In this document: positions 48,419 to 61,381 of the stretch, piece after piece
Layout: each line of letters begins with the position of its first letter
Position numbering within the stretch: position 1 is the first letter of the stretch
Assembly: GCF_001194135.2 (NCBI RefSeq)
Contig: NC_068984.1
Location: 115,818,214 to 115,882,213 of the forward strand
Direction of reading: 5' to 3'
Source: Octopus bimaculoides
Lineage: Eukaryota
DNA length: 64,000 bases
The notes under the pieces: model-generated
Told to the model about the DNA's origin: nothing
Databases searched by the model: none
The model's input: only the letters and a program-made list of their open reading frames with translations
Program-made: the position numbers and the translations under genes

Positions 48419-49339
48419 GAATATATATATGTATATATGTATATGTGCGTGTGTGTGTGTGATTGTGGGTTGAATCTATCGTTTATAGCAAAACATCTTG
48501 TGATCTAAAATGTCTTGCGCTTCTAAAGCCTCATTAATTTCAGTATTGTTGTACAAAAGGTGTTGTGAATATCTTCCCTTTCTCTACAGTGATATCAGTT
48601 AAATGTTGAACAAATGTAAAGTGTGGATCAATAATTCGTTTCACGGAGTGCATACAGATGTATGTGCATTGTCAAGACAAGTTTTCCTCTGTGGTTTAGT
48701 ATTCAGATATGTTTTTCGTGAATTGCATTAAACCTCGGCGTGGGGCAAGCGGGAACACTGAGTTAGACACACACACGCACACACACATACTCATAGATAA
48801 TCCTGGTCAGCAATTACGTACTGCTTTTCAATCAAAATGTTATATATTTGTGTATCCCTTCATCTTTATTCAAAATATATGCAAACGAAATGAAGATGAT
48901 ATAACAAGGACGAACAGACACGTGTCAGAGAAAGGTAATGAGCTATATAAAAACAATATCTTAACGTGAATTAAACTTAGGTTTTCTACTGAGTTCTTCG
49001 GAAAATTAATTCTATTTGCTGTTTAAGTAAATTGCGCTGCAAGCTTGCATTAAATATATGTTTCTAAATATTTCAATATTATTAAAATAAGTTTGTTTTA
49101 TAAAAAAAAAGAAAAAATACCAAATAATATTCGTTCAAATATTGTTAAAACTAATCCACATCATGAACAAGAGAAGATAAAAGAATATGTCTACATAGAG
49201 AATGTAAACATGCAACACACATTTGTACAGAGTGAAGCGAATTAATTTATCGATCACATAATCTTCTTTATATTATTGTATGTATGAACCTGGCAAGTGA
49301 GCTCCTGAATTAAATATATTGTATTATAGAATGTTTTAT

Positions 49340-51060
49340 TTTTATTAATTTCTTTCCCATTCGGCCGGGAATTGAAATTCTGTCGGTTGCAACAAACTGT
49401 TCAATTCTCTAGCTTTCGTTAGGCAAATAGGACAAGATTTGGGGGTATTATCTACGTTGTTTCTGTGGTCGAGACGTATCATCCCCACACAAGTAAAGTA
49501 CCACACACCAAACCTGCATTGAATCCATAAATTATTCCTTTGGAACTCTGCCAACCATGTCTCTTTTGATAGTATCCCTTCCAAAATAAATAAATAAAAC
49601 CACCACACATATGAAGAAAAAATTCTACCGCACCATTCCTTTAAACATAGGCAGTACTCAGTCGAATTCCTCCCTTCAGTTGTCCCAAATGCAGGGCCTC
49701 CCTATCACCGAACACATCTGCTTGTGAAAGCACATCCTGAGCATACCTAGAACCGCATGTCAAAGACTGGCCCTTCTCTTTACGTTCAGAGAATGTCAGC
49801 TCTCACAAGCTGCAGATACCCTGTCTAAAAACTCAACTGAGGCCCATATACATACATACATATATATGTGTGTGTATATANNNNNNNNNNNNNNNNNNNN
49901 NNNNNNNNNNNNNNNNNNNNNNNNNNNNNNNNNNNNNNNNNNNNNNNNNNTATATATATATATATAAATATATATAAACATAAATATAAATATAAATACA
50001 TATAGATATGTGTTATGTGTATGTTTGTGTGTATGTATGTGTGTGTTTGTGTGTGTAATACTAAGAAGAAAATACAAAATTTCTTAACTTGACAGCTGTT
50101 TCAGAAAAATGAGCGTCTAGGAAAACACTTTTTTCTTTTGATAATAATTATTGCTCCCGTAATTCCTCTATAGATCTCTGCGATACATCCATGAGATATT
50201 CGGATTCTGCTCAGGGTACCGTCCTGGTTGGTCTTTCTCCCTTCTTTCATATAATTCAGTACGTCCCAAGCCTACCCGGAGGTCCATACGCTCTTCTCAC
50301 AGCCATGTCTCAACTGTCCGTTAAACGTACTTGGAAGGTTTGCATACATTTTTTTAAAGAATTATAATCTTTCTGTCATTCGAAAATAGCACTAAAGAAA
50401 CTTCTGACGTATGACTTAACATAAATGCGAATCTATATTACCCTTATCATAAACCGGATGAGTCCTTACAATTTATCAATGTCGTGATTAATTACTCTGG
50501 ATCTGCCTTTAATAGAATTGTCATTGGTGTTTTTATCAGGATGTCTAACCTATCAGCTAATGATGATTCTGTTATAGTCATGTCCTGTTCTATAACCAGG
50601 CTTTCCGGAAGAACAGCTTCGACAAGAAAATCTCATATATTCCTAATACTAGACTAAAAACGAAACTCGCACTTCTCTTTCTTAGAACAGAATATAAGCT
50701 CAATAGGTTTGCCTCCACCCATCCACATTCCATCACTCTGCAACTGAACTTTTACTGCCAGTAGTCGTCCAGTATTCCAGCTGCCTTGGAGGCTGAGTTA
50801 TCTCCAGCCTTTAGCCTTCCTAGGACAACCTGTCCATCACTACTCCACGTTCTATGCCCTAGGGTGGAAAACGGGAGGTCTTATGGTTTGCGCCGCCATT
50901 CTCTCTCCAGGTTAAACCTTAAGCTCAAATTTCCCACTACACCATAAATACTACCCCATCCTCAATAAATCTTCGATTAAAATCTTGTACTCTACAACGC
51001 CAAACTTGGGATCTATAATTTCCTCTTCCAATAGGCGCAAACTTAGTCGCCTTACTGTCG
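49340..51060 (-). mobile_element. Very degraded L1/Tx1-like remnant (ORF1-like 50.2-51.06 kb; ORF2 tail-like 49.34-49.85 kb)
   Basis: VRRLSLRLLEEEII...YLWCSGKFELKV...TLGHRTW resembles the 12.3-12.6 kb ORF1. FQRNNLWIQCRFG...SCPICLTKARE resembles the FQRSLAWQ...CPRC motif. Weak. Confidence 0.35.
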
Positions 51061-51509
51061 GCCCTACGAATCATTCATACGGACCCGCCAGATACTAATA
51101 CTATGAGCTTCGGGAATGCTACGCACTTCAATTATAACAACCCTGGTACAATCACCCCTAGTACTAGTAACCCTAACAGATGTGACAGCGGTGACGCCCT
51201 CTCACAGTCTCATGCTAGTAACGATGAATAACTTATCACATGAATCATTTAGAATAGAGCTAGTTTCAATCTCAGGCAATCTTTTCTTGAGGGGAATCTG
51301 TTTACTGGTTTCGTACCCAGTGCATTTTGCACATTCCATCGGCAAATTATGAACAGCTGTTAAAAAATGTATTTTCTTCTTAGTATTCTGTATTTTTATG
51401 CTCTTTGTAAATATATATATATGAATGCATATTTATATGTATATGTGTGTGTGTGAGCCAAGCCTAATTGCATTGCTACCTACATATCTCTCCACCTATA
51501 TACACACAC

Positions 51510-51571
<62 letters not shown>

Positions 51572-53114
51572 GTGTGTATGTGTGTGTATGTGTGTGTATG
51601 TGTGTGTATGAATGAATGTGTATGTGGGCATATGTAAGTATATTTGTCAGTAATAGCATAATTTTCAGTTTGCTTCAGCTTTGATCGTTCTAATGAAACA
51701 GAATTTCATACTTGACAGTATTAAAATCTGTAGCAATTGTTCTAAGTGAAGATAAATATACACATTTGTGTGGAACTGAATTCATAACAGCGTCGCATTT
51801 TATCTCTTCGCGGTTTGATGCAATGTTTGCCAAGCGGTTTTAATTGTCTTCTATCGTTTATCGATTCTCATACTTTCAACTGATTTTCTTTCACAAGATC
51901 GATATTTTCAGTGACAAGCAAAAATAGTTGATGCACTGTTTATTTTGACCCCGTTACTGCCCGTGTTACTAACTGTCTGCTTTCTCAATAATCCTTGTAG
52001 CTAATAAAAATCTCACTCCTCGGTTCATTCACAAGTAACATTTTATACCACCTTTCAGACATTAAGTCTGCTGTTTGGGAGGATGTCTAACTTGAGACAG
52101 AAAGTTAGAAGGTATAATAATATATCTGTTTATATATCCTGAACGTTTTCGTTGGAATTCAATTAAGACATTAGATCACTTGAAAGCTTCTCATTATGAG
52201 GAATTATTAGCTTAAAAATAAATCAATAAAATCGATGTTACGAGGAAGCTTGGATCATAGTGCCGGGAAAAACGTAAAACAAAAAAAGCCAAAAGAAAAT
52301 ACCAGAAAGTAAAAACAGACAAACTTACATAAAACTTTACTAACTGTGTTATAGGATTGCCATCTCAGCTGGAAAACCTTATTCCGTATGTTATTTACGT
52401 CATAAGATATCTCGAGAGAACGCGAAATATATCATTTTTAACAGTCAAAATCGAAGTAGTTAAAGTTTAAAATAATATCTTATCAGCAGCCTTCGACATT
52501 TTGTAACCAAAGTATTTTTAGAACCCAATATTTACACACTATTATTTATAGCTTTATCTACCTAGAGTCTAGCGTTTAAAACGAATTATTTCTTATTCAG
52601 TATAGTTTACGTTATTAGACACACAATTGAATTCTCCTTGAAACTATTTAAAGATCCACTTTAGTATAATAATGACACACAATGTCAAATTAAATACTTA
52701 ACTCTATAGAGATCGATACGCTATTGTTCATTATTTAAAAGTCTCTCCGGTCCCCCGGAGGCGACTAACTTTGCATACCGTCATAAGACAGAAGGATAAA
52801 ATGCCACACAATATTCTTTCTCGATCTGTTCGCTCTGAGTTCAAATCTTACCCATGTCTCTTGTCTAAGGACAAAATTTTTCATCACTGTGGTGGATCTC
52901 TGTCGGTTGACAAGTAAGACCCACTTGTTTGATCAACTGAGTTGCCTGCTCCTGAATTAACGTTTAAGTGGCGAAGCAAACCAGACACCTATACTCTTCA
53001 CGTACTTTCCGGACAAAATCAAAGTGACACCGGTACTCCTCTCCTCCAACCCGCACCTGATAGGTTAGTACACCATTTCTGCCTATCCACTTTTTTTTCA
53101 AAAATACTTTTGTT

Positions 53115-53300
53115 CAGGGAAGAGAGTTTGTTGCGGCCGATATCTGAGCAGGAGGACAGAGACCCGAACATTCGCATCTTCAGATCTCTAGATCTCTCAG
53201 CCTTGCTCCATAGGCTGAGAGATCTAGAGATCTGAAGATCCGAATGTTCGGGTCTCTGTCCTCCTGCTCAGATATCGGCAGCACCAAACTCTCTTCCCTA
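53115..53300. repeat. Near-perfect fold-back: 88-bp arms, 8-nt loop
   Basis: Arms 53116-53203 and 53212-53299 are reverse complements with 3 mismatches; loop TGCTCCAT; ends CAGGG...CCCTA. Confidence 0.95.
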
Positions 53301-53354
53301 TGTGTTTATATATATATGTATAATAATATAAATAATATGTATATATGCATATAT

Positions 53355-53750
53355 ACACACATACATGTACATGCCTACATATATATGTGTATATGCATGC
53401 ATATAAGGTACAGGACGTCAAAAAAACGTGAACAAAATAAGAAACGAGAACATAAGAAACAAAAGCATGGGAAACAAACTTTTTTTCGAACAACGAAAGA
53501 AACAAATAGAGAAACGAGACAGGCAAGATAAAGAACATTCCCTTCATCGGTTGTCCCGAGGGGGATGTTCGTTATGTTGCCTGTCTCGTTTCTCTATTTG
53601 TTTCTTTCGTAGTTCGAAAAACAGTTCGTTTTTCATGCTTTTGTTTTTTATGTTCTCATTTCTCATTTTGTTCACGTTTTTTTGGCGTCCTTTACCCATA
53701 TATGCATGTATATATACATATATATGTAGGCATGTACACGTATATTCGTA
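53355..53750. mobile_element. ~400-bp palindromic (fold-back) MITE-like element
   Basis: Arms of ~185 bp: tgtacatgcctacatata...aaacaaatagagaaacgagacaggcaa, and its reverse complement, around a short loop at ~53545-53560. Confidence 0.8.
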
Positions 53751-55031
53751 TATATGTACACACACACACACACACGCATAGCAATCCAGGTACCTGACTG
53801 ATTCTTTATTGATGCCAGAAGGATGAGCAACAAAGTTGACCCAGGCGGAATTTGAATGCAAAATGTCTTTGTTTTATGTTCTTGCACAAAATCTGAATCT
53901 TGTTCATGTACATATTTATATGTGTGTGTGTATGTGTGTATATATATATATACACACACATACACATATATATGTATATATATATAAATATATGTGTGTG
54001 GGGGTGTGAATATATATATGTGAATGTATGTATTTATATGTATGTATAACAGTTCTGTTATTGGGGGGAATCAACAAGAAATATACTCCACCCAGTGACA
54101 GATAAATATCTAAAAAAAAAAATAAATAAAAGTAAACGAGAGAATGGACATTGGTCTTAGAGAAAGACGTCCTTTCACGTTTTATTCCAAAACGATCAGC
54201 CATGTCGTATATTTGAGTCTGAAGGATTACTCGGAAGCACAAAGCACGCTGTACAATCTTTTCAAATTATCGTGGCTTCACAGCATGAAACTAAATGTTG
54301 TTCGTATTTAAATCCTGTTTATATTAAATTACGCACATGTTAGGGTATGCATAATTTAAATAAACATGTACTCAACTAGAGAATATTGAATAACACTTCA
54401 GTTTAACATTCAATTGTTTATATGTATATATATATAACATGATATAAAAACAAGCATTAATATGTGTGTGTGGTTGTGTGTGTAGGTGCTTGTGCATGCC
54501 TTATATTTTGTATTATTATATATCTTGAGTTTTTCTTTGCTATGACTTAACGTTTTTCAAAATTTATATTGGTACTTTGTATTTTTCTTTATATACACGT
54601 CTCGTAATTCTATCAAAGTGTGAACAGAGAGGCAGACAACCTATAAAACTTTTTTAATCCCACCTTCTCATAAAAAAAAACATCGTAAACAACATATTAT
54701 GCTCGTTTATTTATTTATTTATCTATTTATTTATTTACTGCTCATTATTTATAGCTATGATCGATTCGGTTTAATAACACACTGCATCAAAGTCGTCAAA
54801 ACAATCTTCCAAAGCCATAATTATTAAGGAAAAAAAGATGAAAATAACAAAAAAAAAAACCCCCAAAAAACTGAATATTTCACGTCATTGATTTTCTCTT
54901 TTATTCCAGTAACCAATATTTTTTCGTACTAATTTTATTCAAATGTGATTTGCTTGTATGATATCTTCCATATCCCCATTTGTATTTCTTTTAATTGAAA
55001 CCTATTGTTAAAATACTTCAGACGAAATGAA

Positions 55032-55105
<74 letters not shown>

Positions 55106-56030
55106 CCTACCTACCTACCTGTCTGTCAGTCTGTCTGCCTGTCTATAAATTTGTTATGCAATATATGGCTTCTTAGATTCTTGAGGCTGTCACAGAAAGC
55201 TGCTATAGTGTACCCAGCTACCATACTATATATTAATCCAATATAAAAGAGTATAATGTAAAGCTCTATACAGCTGAAATCCAATAGATCCAATCGATGA
55301 AATTATTTCGTGAGGAGTATATAAACCATAAAACGTCAGACGGTATGAGAAGTGAATATATTTATTTAACATGATTTCATTAGGCATACGGCCGTTTCTC
55401 TGCCTTCAATATGTCATAACAGTTTCAGTGCATAATAAATTATCTAACACGTCTGTACCAATATGCATGCTGTGCAATGTACAATACGATTGCACATTTA
55501 GAAATCAATGCAGATAAAGAAGGATAACGCTTCAATTCACTGCAACATTATGGTTACACAAATGCTTTAAAATAGTAAACTTTAAAATAGTTAAATTCCT
55601 AAACGTTACTTTATATCTTAGTGAAGGCCTATTTAAACTTTCCATAAACCAAATCAGCATCTGAATAATGTTACTCCCACATAACACTGCACTCAGCTAA
55701 CCAAGAGGTTTTAGAGCAAAACGCTAATTACTATAATGAACTTCTAACTAGGGCTGATTGCAAAGAGAAAATAACATATTGCCCTAAATATAATGATGGC
55801 AATTACAATCATATGCCGTCTGAAAGCAATAAAATTAACAGGAGTTGCTCCCGTGATACACTCAATCTAACTGTGAATAGCCATAAAACTTGTTTACATA
55901 AATGGCATAATACAAGGAAGAATGGAAAAACTGTAAATTGGCAGGGAAAACACTCAGCAAGGATAATTACGATATTGATAACACTAATAATAGTACCAAG
56001 GCTACTGTTGCTTCTGCTGCTGCTGCTAAT

Positions 56031-56069
<39 letters not shown>

Positions 56070-56135
56070 CCTTTCTACTAAAGGCACAAGGCCTGAAATT
56101 ATTGGTGGCAGGGGACTAGTCGATTACGTCGATCC
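56070..56135 (-). mobile_element. SINE family A 3' fragment after (AAT)n
   Basis: cctttctactaaaggcacaaggcctgaaatt...ctagtcgattac. Confidence 0.75.
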
Positions 56136-56990
56136 CCCTGCAAGCATCTCGAGTAGGTTCGGCTGTTGGCATTTCTATGCCTGAAGAGCTTGTCTCGAAC
56201 GGGTAATGCCTCTCTGTAGCTCTGCCAAGCCAAAGACCTTTGGAAATCCTCCATGATCTTTGACCCGAAGGTACTCTGGAAGAGACTACTCGTCGATGCC
56301 TAGATTCAGTCCTAGGCTGTCATCGCTCATACCCTCATCTAGCCCCCTATAGAAATCTTGGGTTGTTTTTCCGCTCACGTGAACGCCTGGGAACATTCTA
56401 GGTGCCAAACGCCCAACCTTGGTCAACGTTCGATTCATGACTGCATCTCTGTCAATGAGATGAGCCGTGGAAGGACGTGTCACACGAAAGATACGTCTAC
56501 ACCAGTTCACCCTTATTTTTGTCATCGTCACCGTCTACATCATCGTAGTGATTTAGATATTTCTGTAGGTGCGACAGCCTCAAAGCCTGGCGCCGTATCA
56601 TTAAGGATGGCATCCCAAGACGACCAGAGTGTGGGTGTTGGCAGCAGAAGAATTATCTGACCATTGGAACTGTCCCTTCCATAAGAATCTGAAAAGCAGG
56701 TGCTCCAATCTGCTGAGAATGTTCTTAAGACAAAGCACAACGGCTAGCCGGTAGTACACTTCCGAGGCGATAAATGCAACGGATTTGGGGTTGGGAATAT
56801 TGGGTCAGCGTGAGAAACCTCTCTCGCCTTCTCCACAATGGGACAGATGGCTTTTAAGTGGCCGATTTTTCCACAGATGCAATACCTAGGTTTCCTACCC
56901 TCCACGACCACCCGCATCTGCTCGCACTCCCCGTAACAGAAAAAGTCTTGTTCAAAAGTATCTCTTGGTTTAATCTTTATATTTCCAGTT
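56135..56990 (-). mobile_element. Internally deleted L1/Tx1-like LINE: ORF1 zinc knuckle fused to the post-RT part of ORF2
   Basis: QMRVVVEGRKPRYCICGK(fs)GHLKAICP, then within ~50 bp FIASEVYYRLAVV...LFRFLWKG...HPHSGRLGMPSL...RRQALRL...GKTTQDFYRGL...FQRSLAWQSYREALPVRDKLFRH. No EN or RT between them. Confidence 0.8.
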
Positions 56991-57098
56991 GTCTATTCCC
57001 TTTTGAATAATATTTCATTTTGTATATGCATTTTAAAACGTACTAGTCTAGCGTCTCTGATATGACCTGTTAATTGTAGGTTTCTAAATAAACAGAAA

Positions 57099-57155
57099 TC
57101 TATCTATATATATAAAAATGAGAATGTGTGTCTGTCTGACTGTCTGTCTGTCGGT

Positions 57156-57199
<44 letters not shown>

Positions 57200-58456
57200 G
57201 TGTGTGAATCCCTAAAACTCGAGAACTACGCAACCAATTTCATTCAAATTTTACACATGCCTTACTTAGGGTTCCAGTTGTGTTTTAGTCAAAACAAATT
57301 ATTAACTTCTTGCAGAGTTCGAGCACACGGCAACATAATATCTCCTCCACTATTTAAGTATTACGTGTCAAAAGTGAAACAAAAACACTCATGTCAAATA
57401 CTTTCACTTTAAAAATGAAACTATTCCACTAATTGAAACAATCACATTTCGATACTGTAGTGANNNNNNNNNNNNNNNNNNNNNNNNNNNNNNNNNNNNN
57501 NNNNNNNNNNNNNNNNNNNNNNNNNNNNNNNNNNNNNNNNNNNNNNNNNNNNNNNNNNNNNNNNNNNNNNNNNNNNNNNNNNNNNNNNNNNNNNNNNNNN
57601 NNNNNNNNNNNNNNNNNNNNNNNNNNNNNNNNNNNNNNNNNNNNNNNNNNNNNNNNNNNNNNNNNNNNNNNNNNNNNNNNNNNNNNNNNNNNNNNNNNNN
57701 NNNNNNNNNNNNNNNNNNNNNNNNNNNNNNNNNNNNNNNNNNNNNNNNNNNNNNNNNNNNNNNNNNNNNNNNNNNNNNNNNNNNNNNNNNNNNNNNNNNN
57801 NNNNNNNNNNNNNNNNNNNNNNNNNNNNNNNNNNNNNNNNNNNNNNNNNNNNNNNNNNNNNNNNNNNNNNNNNNNNNNNNNNNNNNNNNNNNNNNNNNNN
57901 NNNNNNNNNNNNNNNNNNNNNNNNNNNNNNNNNNNNNNNNNNNNNNNNNNNNNNNNNNNNNNNNNNNNNNNNNNNNNNNNNNNNNNNNNNNNNNNNNNNN
58001 NNNNNNNNNNNNNNNNNNNNNNNNNNNNNNNNNNNNNNNNNNNNNNNNNNNNNNNNNNNNNNNNNNNNNNNNNNNNNNNNNNNNNNNNNNNNNNNNNNNN
58101 NNNNNNNNNNNNNNNNNNGGAAGAGCCCTGCCTCTCACATGGACAACTGTATGTTGGCTGCTCAAGAGTGGGAAGCAACAAAAAACCTATTTGTATATGC
58201 TCCACAAGGGAAAACAAGGAACATAGTTTACAATGAGGTGTTATAATCACAACAGCAAGAAAGTATGTACATGATCACCTTCTTTTACGAAACTTCATTG
58301 ACTTGCATATATTTATATTGATATACATATATATACGTGTGTTTGGGTGCGTGTGTGTATATACATCTCTATATATAAAGATGATGCGTAGTCTAGACGG
58401 CGTTTTTAGATTTCATTATTCTCTTTAACCCGGGCAACGCCGGGTATTTCTGCTAG
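57099..58456 (+). mobile_element. Second copy of the non-autonomous Helitron (interior in N-gap)
   Basis: A|TCTATCTATATATATAAAAATGAG start; EEPCLSHGQLYVGCSRVGS; same hairpin and CTAG|T end; near-identical to 40391-41438. Confidence 0.9.
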
Positions 58457-58681
58457 TACCTAATAAAATCAACATGTATCATCTTACTGTTTCTTTTGTC
58501 TCTTCACTGGTTGTATGTTTTTACTATTTTTTAAAATTTGTTATATTAATATATTTGTCTGCATGTGTTGACTTTATGCATATTTCAGTATTATGTATGC
58601 CTGTCATGTATTTGTGTACATCATTAATATATAAGTGCATGTGGATGTATGTATTCATATATAAGTTTATATGTAAATTCA

Positions 58682-58732
<51 letters not shown>

Positions 58733-61036
58733 TAGTCACATACGAATAGATTTTGAATGTTTTGAAAATAATCTCAATCTCAGAGTTCTGGTATAATGAA
58801 TATACTTAAGTACAAATGAAGAATTTTGGAACCCAGGACACCAATAAATGCTTTTCCGTGATCGAGGATAGTGTATGCATCCATATTTAAGACACTTATT
58901 GCCCAATCATTTTAAAGGTTTCATCCATTAACGCGTTCTTTACCATGCTTATGTTGAAATACATTTAATTTGTTTCAATTAATTTAGAAAATATTAAAGA
59001 CTTTTTAAAACTATATTTGCTACTATTAAGCTCACATTAGAAACGTTGGGATTTTGTATCATAGAACTAAAGGCGCTGGGAGTTTGTATCATAGAACTAG
59101 AGGCGCTTTCATGCAGGCTTCTATGAAATGGTAGGAGTTTTAAATGAAGATATTTGAAGGGATAATCAAATTTTACTCAATAATAGATGCTCAAATATAG
59201 TAGTAGGTAGATCAGTAGAAAAATAACGGAAAACGAAACAAAAAAAAAACCCAATCTATCCACACAGACACAATAGATAACGCATGCAACACCTAGTAAA
59301 AAGACAGTAAAAATTCTTATAGTATACTCCATGAACCAAATTCACTCACATAGTACATTACTGAGATCTTACGAAACCGGGATATCATGCATCAAACCTA
59401 ACTTCTGCCTAACAATTAAAATATATTATAAAAATGTATAATAAAAAACAATCATTTCAACATGAAAACTCAAATATCCAAACCATAGACAGTACTTTAG
59501 GCAACCGGTGTAAATATTTGAATTTCAGTACAGAGATGAAAATCGTAAACTTCACGAATCAGACATTTATTTCAGACTTACAAGTACAACTCTTTTGAAG
59601 TTGATTGCCCATGCATTTACAACAAGGAACCATTGTATCAAATTATAATGCAGAATACGAAACAGAATTAATGGGAAAAATATCGTTTACTTATATTTTT
59701 CTTATTTCAGTCATTAGACTGTGGCCGTCTCATACAGAGCTCCGGAGATAGAAAAAACAGGGATGTAAATAATGTATAAGTTAGAGAAATAGGAAAGCAC
59801 AAAACAAGAATCAACATACAGATGCAGCACACCGAAAATAAACTATGAAAATTAACAGGAGTGTAGAGTTAAACAATCTAAAATCCGGCCATGATTTTTC
59901 CCCCAGTATTACTATTATTTCAATGATCCGTTATTTGAATGCTGCACAATACAAAATGCATTAACAACTCACACACCCGTTCAAATAAGCTGATAAAATC
60001 AATGATGATTTTATCATTTACATAGATTATTCTCATGATCTTTTGCTGTCAATTACAAAACGCAATAACAACACGTACGCATCATCTCAATACACATATA
60101 TGGTTTTACTTTCAGAAGAAGTTACATAAATATTCATATATTCATGTTCAATATTATTAATGCACTTAGAATAACTGAATACAAGTTTCTCACTTTTTTT
60201 GTTTCTGTTTTGCGCTGTGAGAATTAAAAGCATTGAAGGGTTGGAAACTAAAATATATTATGTATACATATAAACATTTTATTTCCTACAATTTGCTTAG
60301 TCGCAGACACGTTCTTTTATCACAAACGTATGCATATAAATTGATATCGGTCAACCTTCCCCCACGACTACCACCCAAAATCTCACTGAATTATAAGCAT
60401 CTATTTAGAGTAAATGAATTCAAATGGAAATCCAGATAAATGATTGTTTCTTTCTCTGTTTCATTTTCTGTTATACTTTCTGTCAGCCTCCTACTTTTGG
60501 TTCACCTTCTAGTTCGCCCTCTCACTTAAACTCCATATTGGTTCACTTGTCTTTCTGATAAGTTTCTGCAAACTTATCCTCGCGCTTACGCGCGCGCGCG
60601 CACACACACACACACACACACAATATATATATCCATGCTTTACACAGACAAACGTGCGCAATATAACGATAAACAACTCACCATATCTATCTATATATCT
60701 ACCTTTGTATAAATATACATACATACAAATATGCATACACAGATAGACAGACAAACGCACGCACACACACATACATATATTTATATATAACTACACTTTG
60801 GCACCGACATACATCCATGCATGTGTAGTGAGACATGAAAGCACTATTTTGTCGTGGTGGCATAGCACAGTTGTGCTATGTCACTTCATCCAATTTGAGC
60901 TGGCAGCGGAAGGAGACATGTGACAACTTCTGCCCAGCGGTACTCGCACGTCTTTTTCGAAAAGAGCTAAACCACTTGCGGATTTGACGGCCCTAGTGAC
61001 AACATCATTCTTTTTGCTATGCGTCTTTTACAGCGT

Positions 61037-61381
61037 GTGGAGGCGCAATGACCCAGTGGTTAGGGCAGCGGACTCGCGGTTATAGGATCGGGGTTTTGAG
61101 CGAAAACACCTAAAAGCTCTACGAGGCTTCGGCAGGGGATGGTGGCAAACCCTGCTGTACTCTTTCACCACAACTTTCTCTCACTCTTACTTCCTGTTTC
61201 TGCTGTTCCTGTAATTCAAAGGGTCAGCCTTGTCACACTGTGTCACACTGAATATCCCCGAGAACTACGTTAAGGGTACTGTGTCAGTGGAGTGCTCAGC
61301 CACTTGCACGTTAATTTCATGAGCAGGCTGTTCCGTTGATCGGATCAACTGGAACCCTCGTCGTCATAAGCGACGGAGTGC
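61037..61381 (+). mobile_element. SINE family B with a 12-bp TSD and no (AAC)n tail
   Basis: TSD CTTTTACAGCGT at 61025-61036 and 61382-61393; short internal deletion after the B box. Confidence 0.9.

Noticed and set aside
54139-54205. Minus-strand KRERTSFSK resembling a homeodomain N-terminal arm
   Set aside because: The following residues (TNVHSLVYFYLFFF) lack helix 1-3 and WFQN motifs, and there is no good splice donor; treated as chance.
59047-59106. 30-bp direct repeat, two copies
   Set aside because: Ordinary slippage duplication with no further structure.
60857-60884. 12-bp hairpin GTGGCATAGCAC-AGTT-GTGCTATGTCAC
   Set aside because: Too short for a pre-miRNA and no context links it to a function; expected occasionally by chance.
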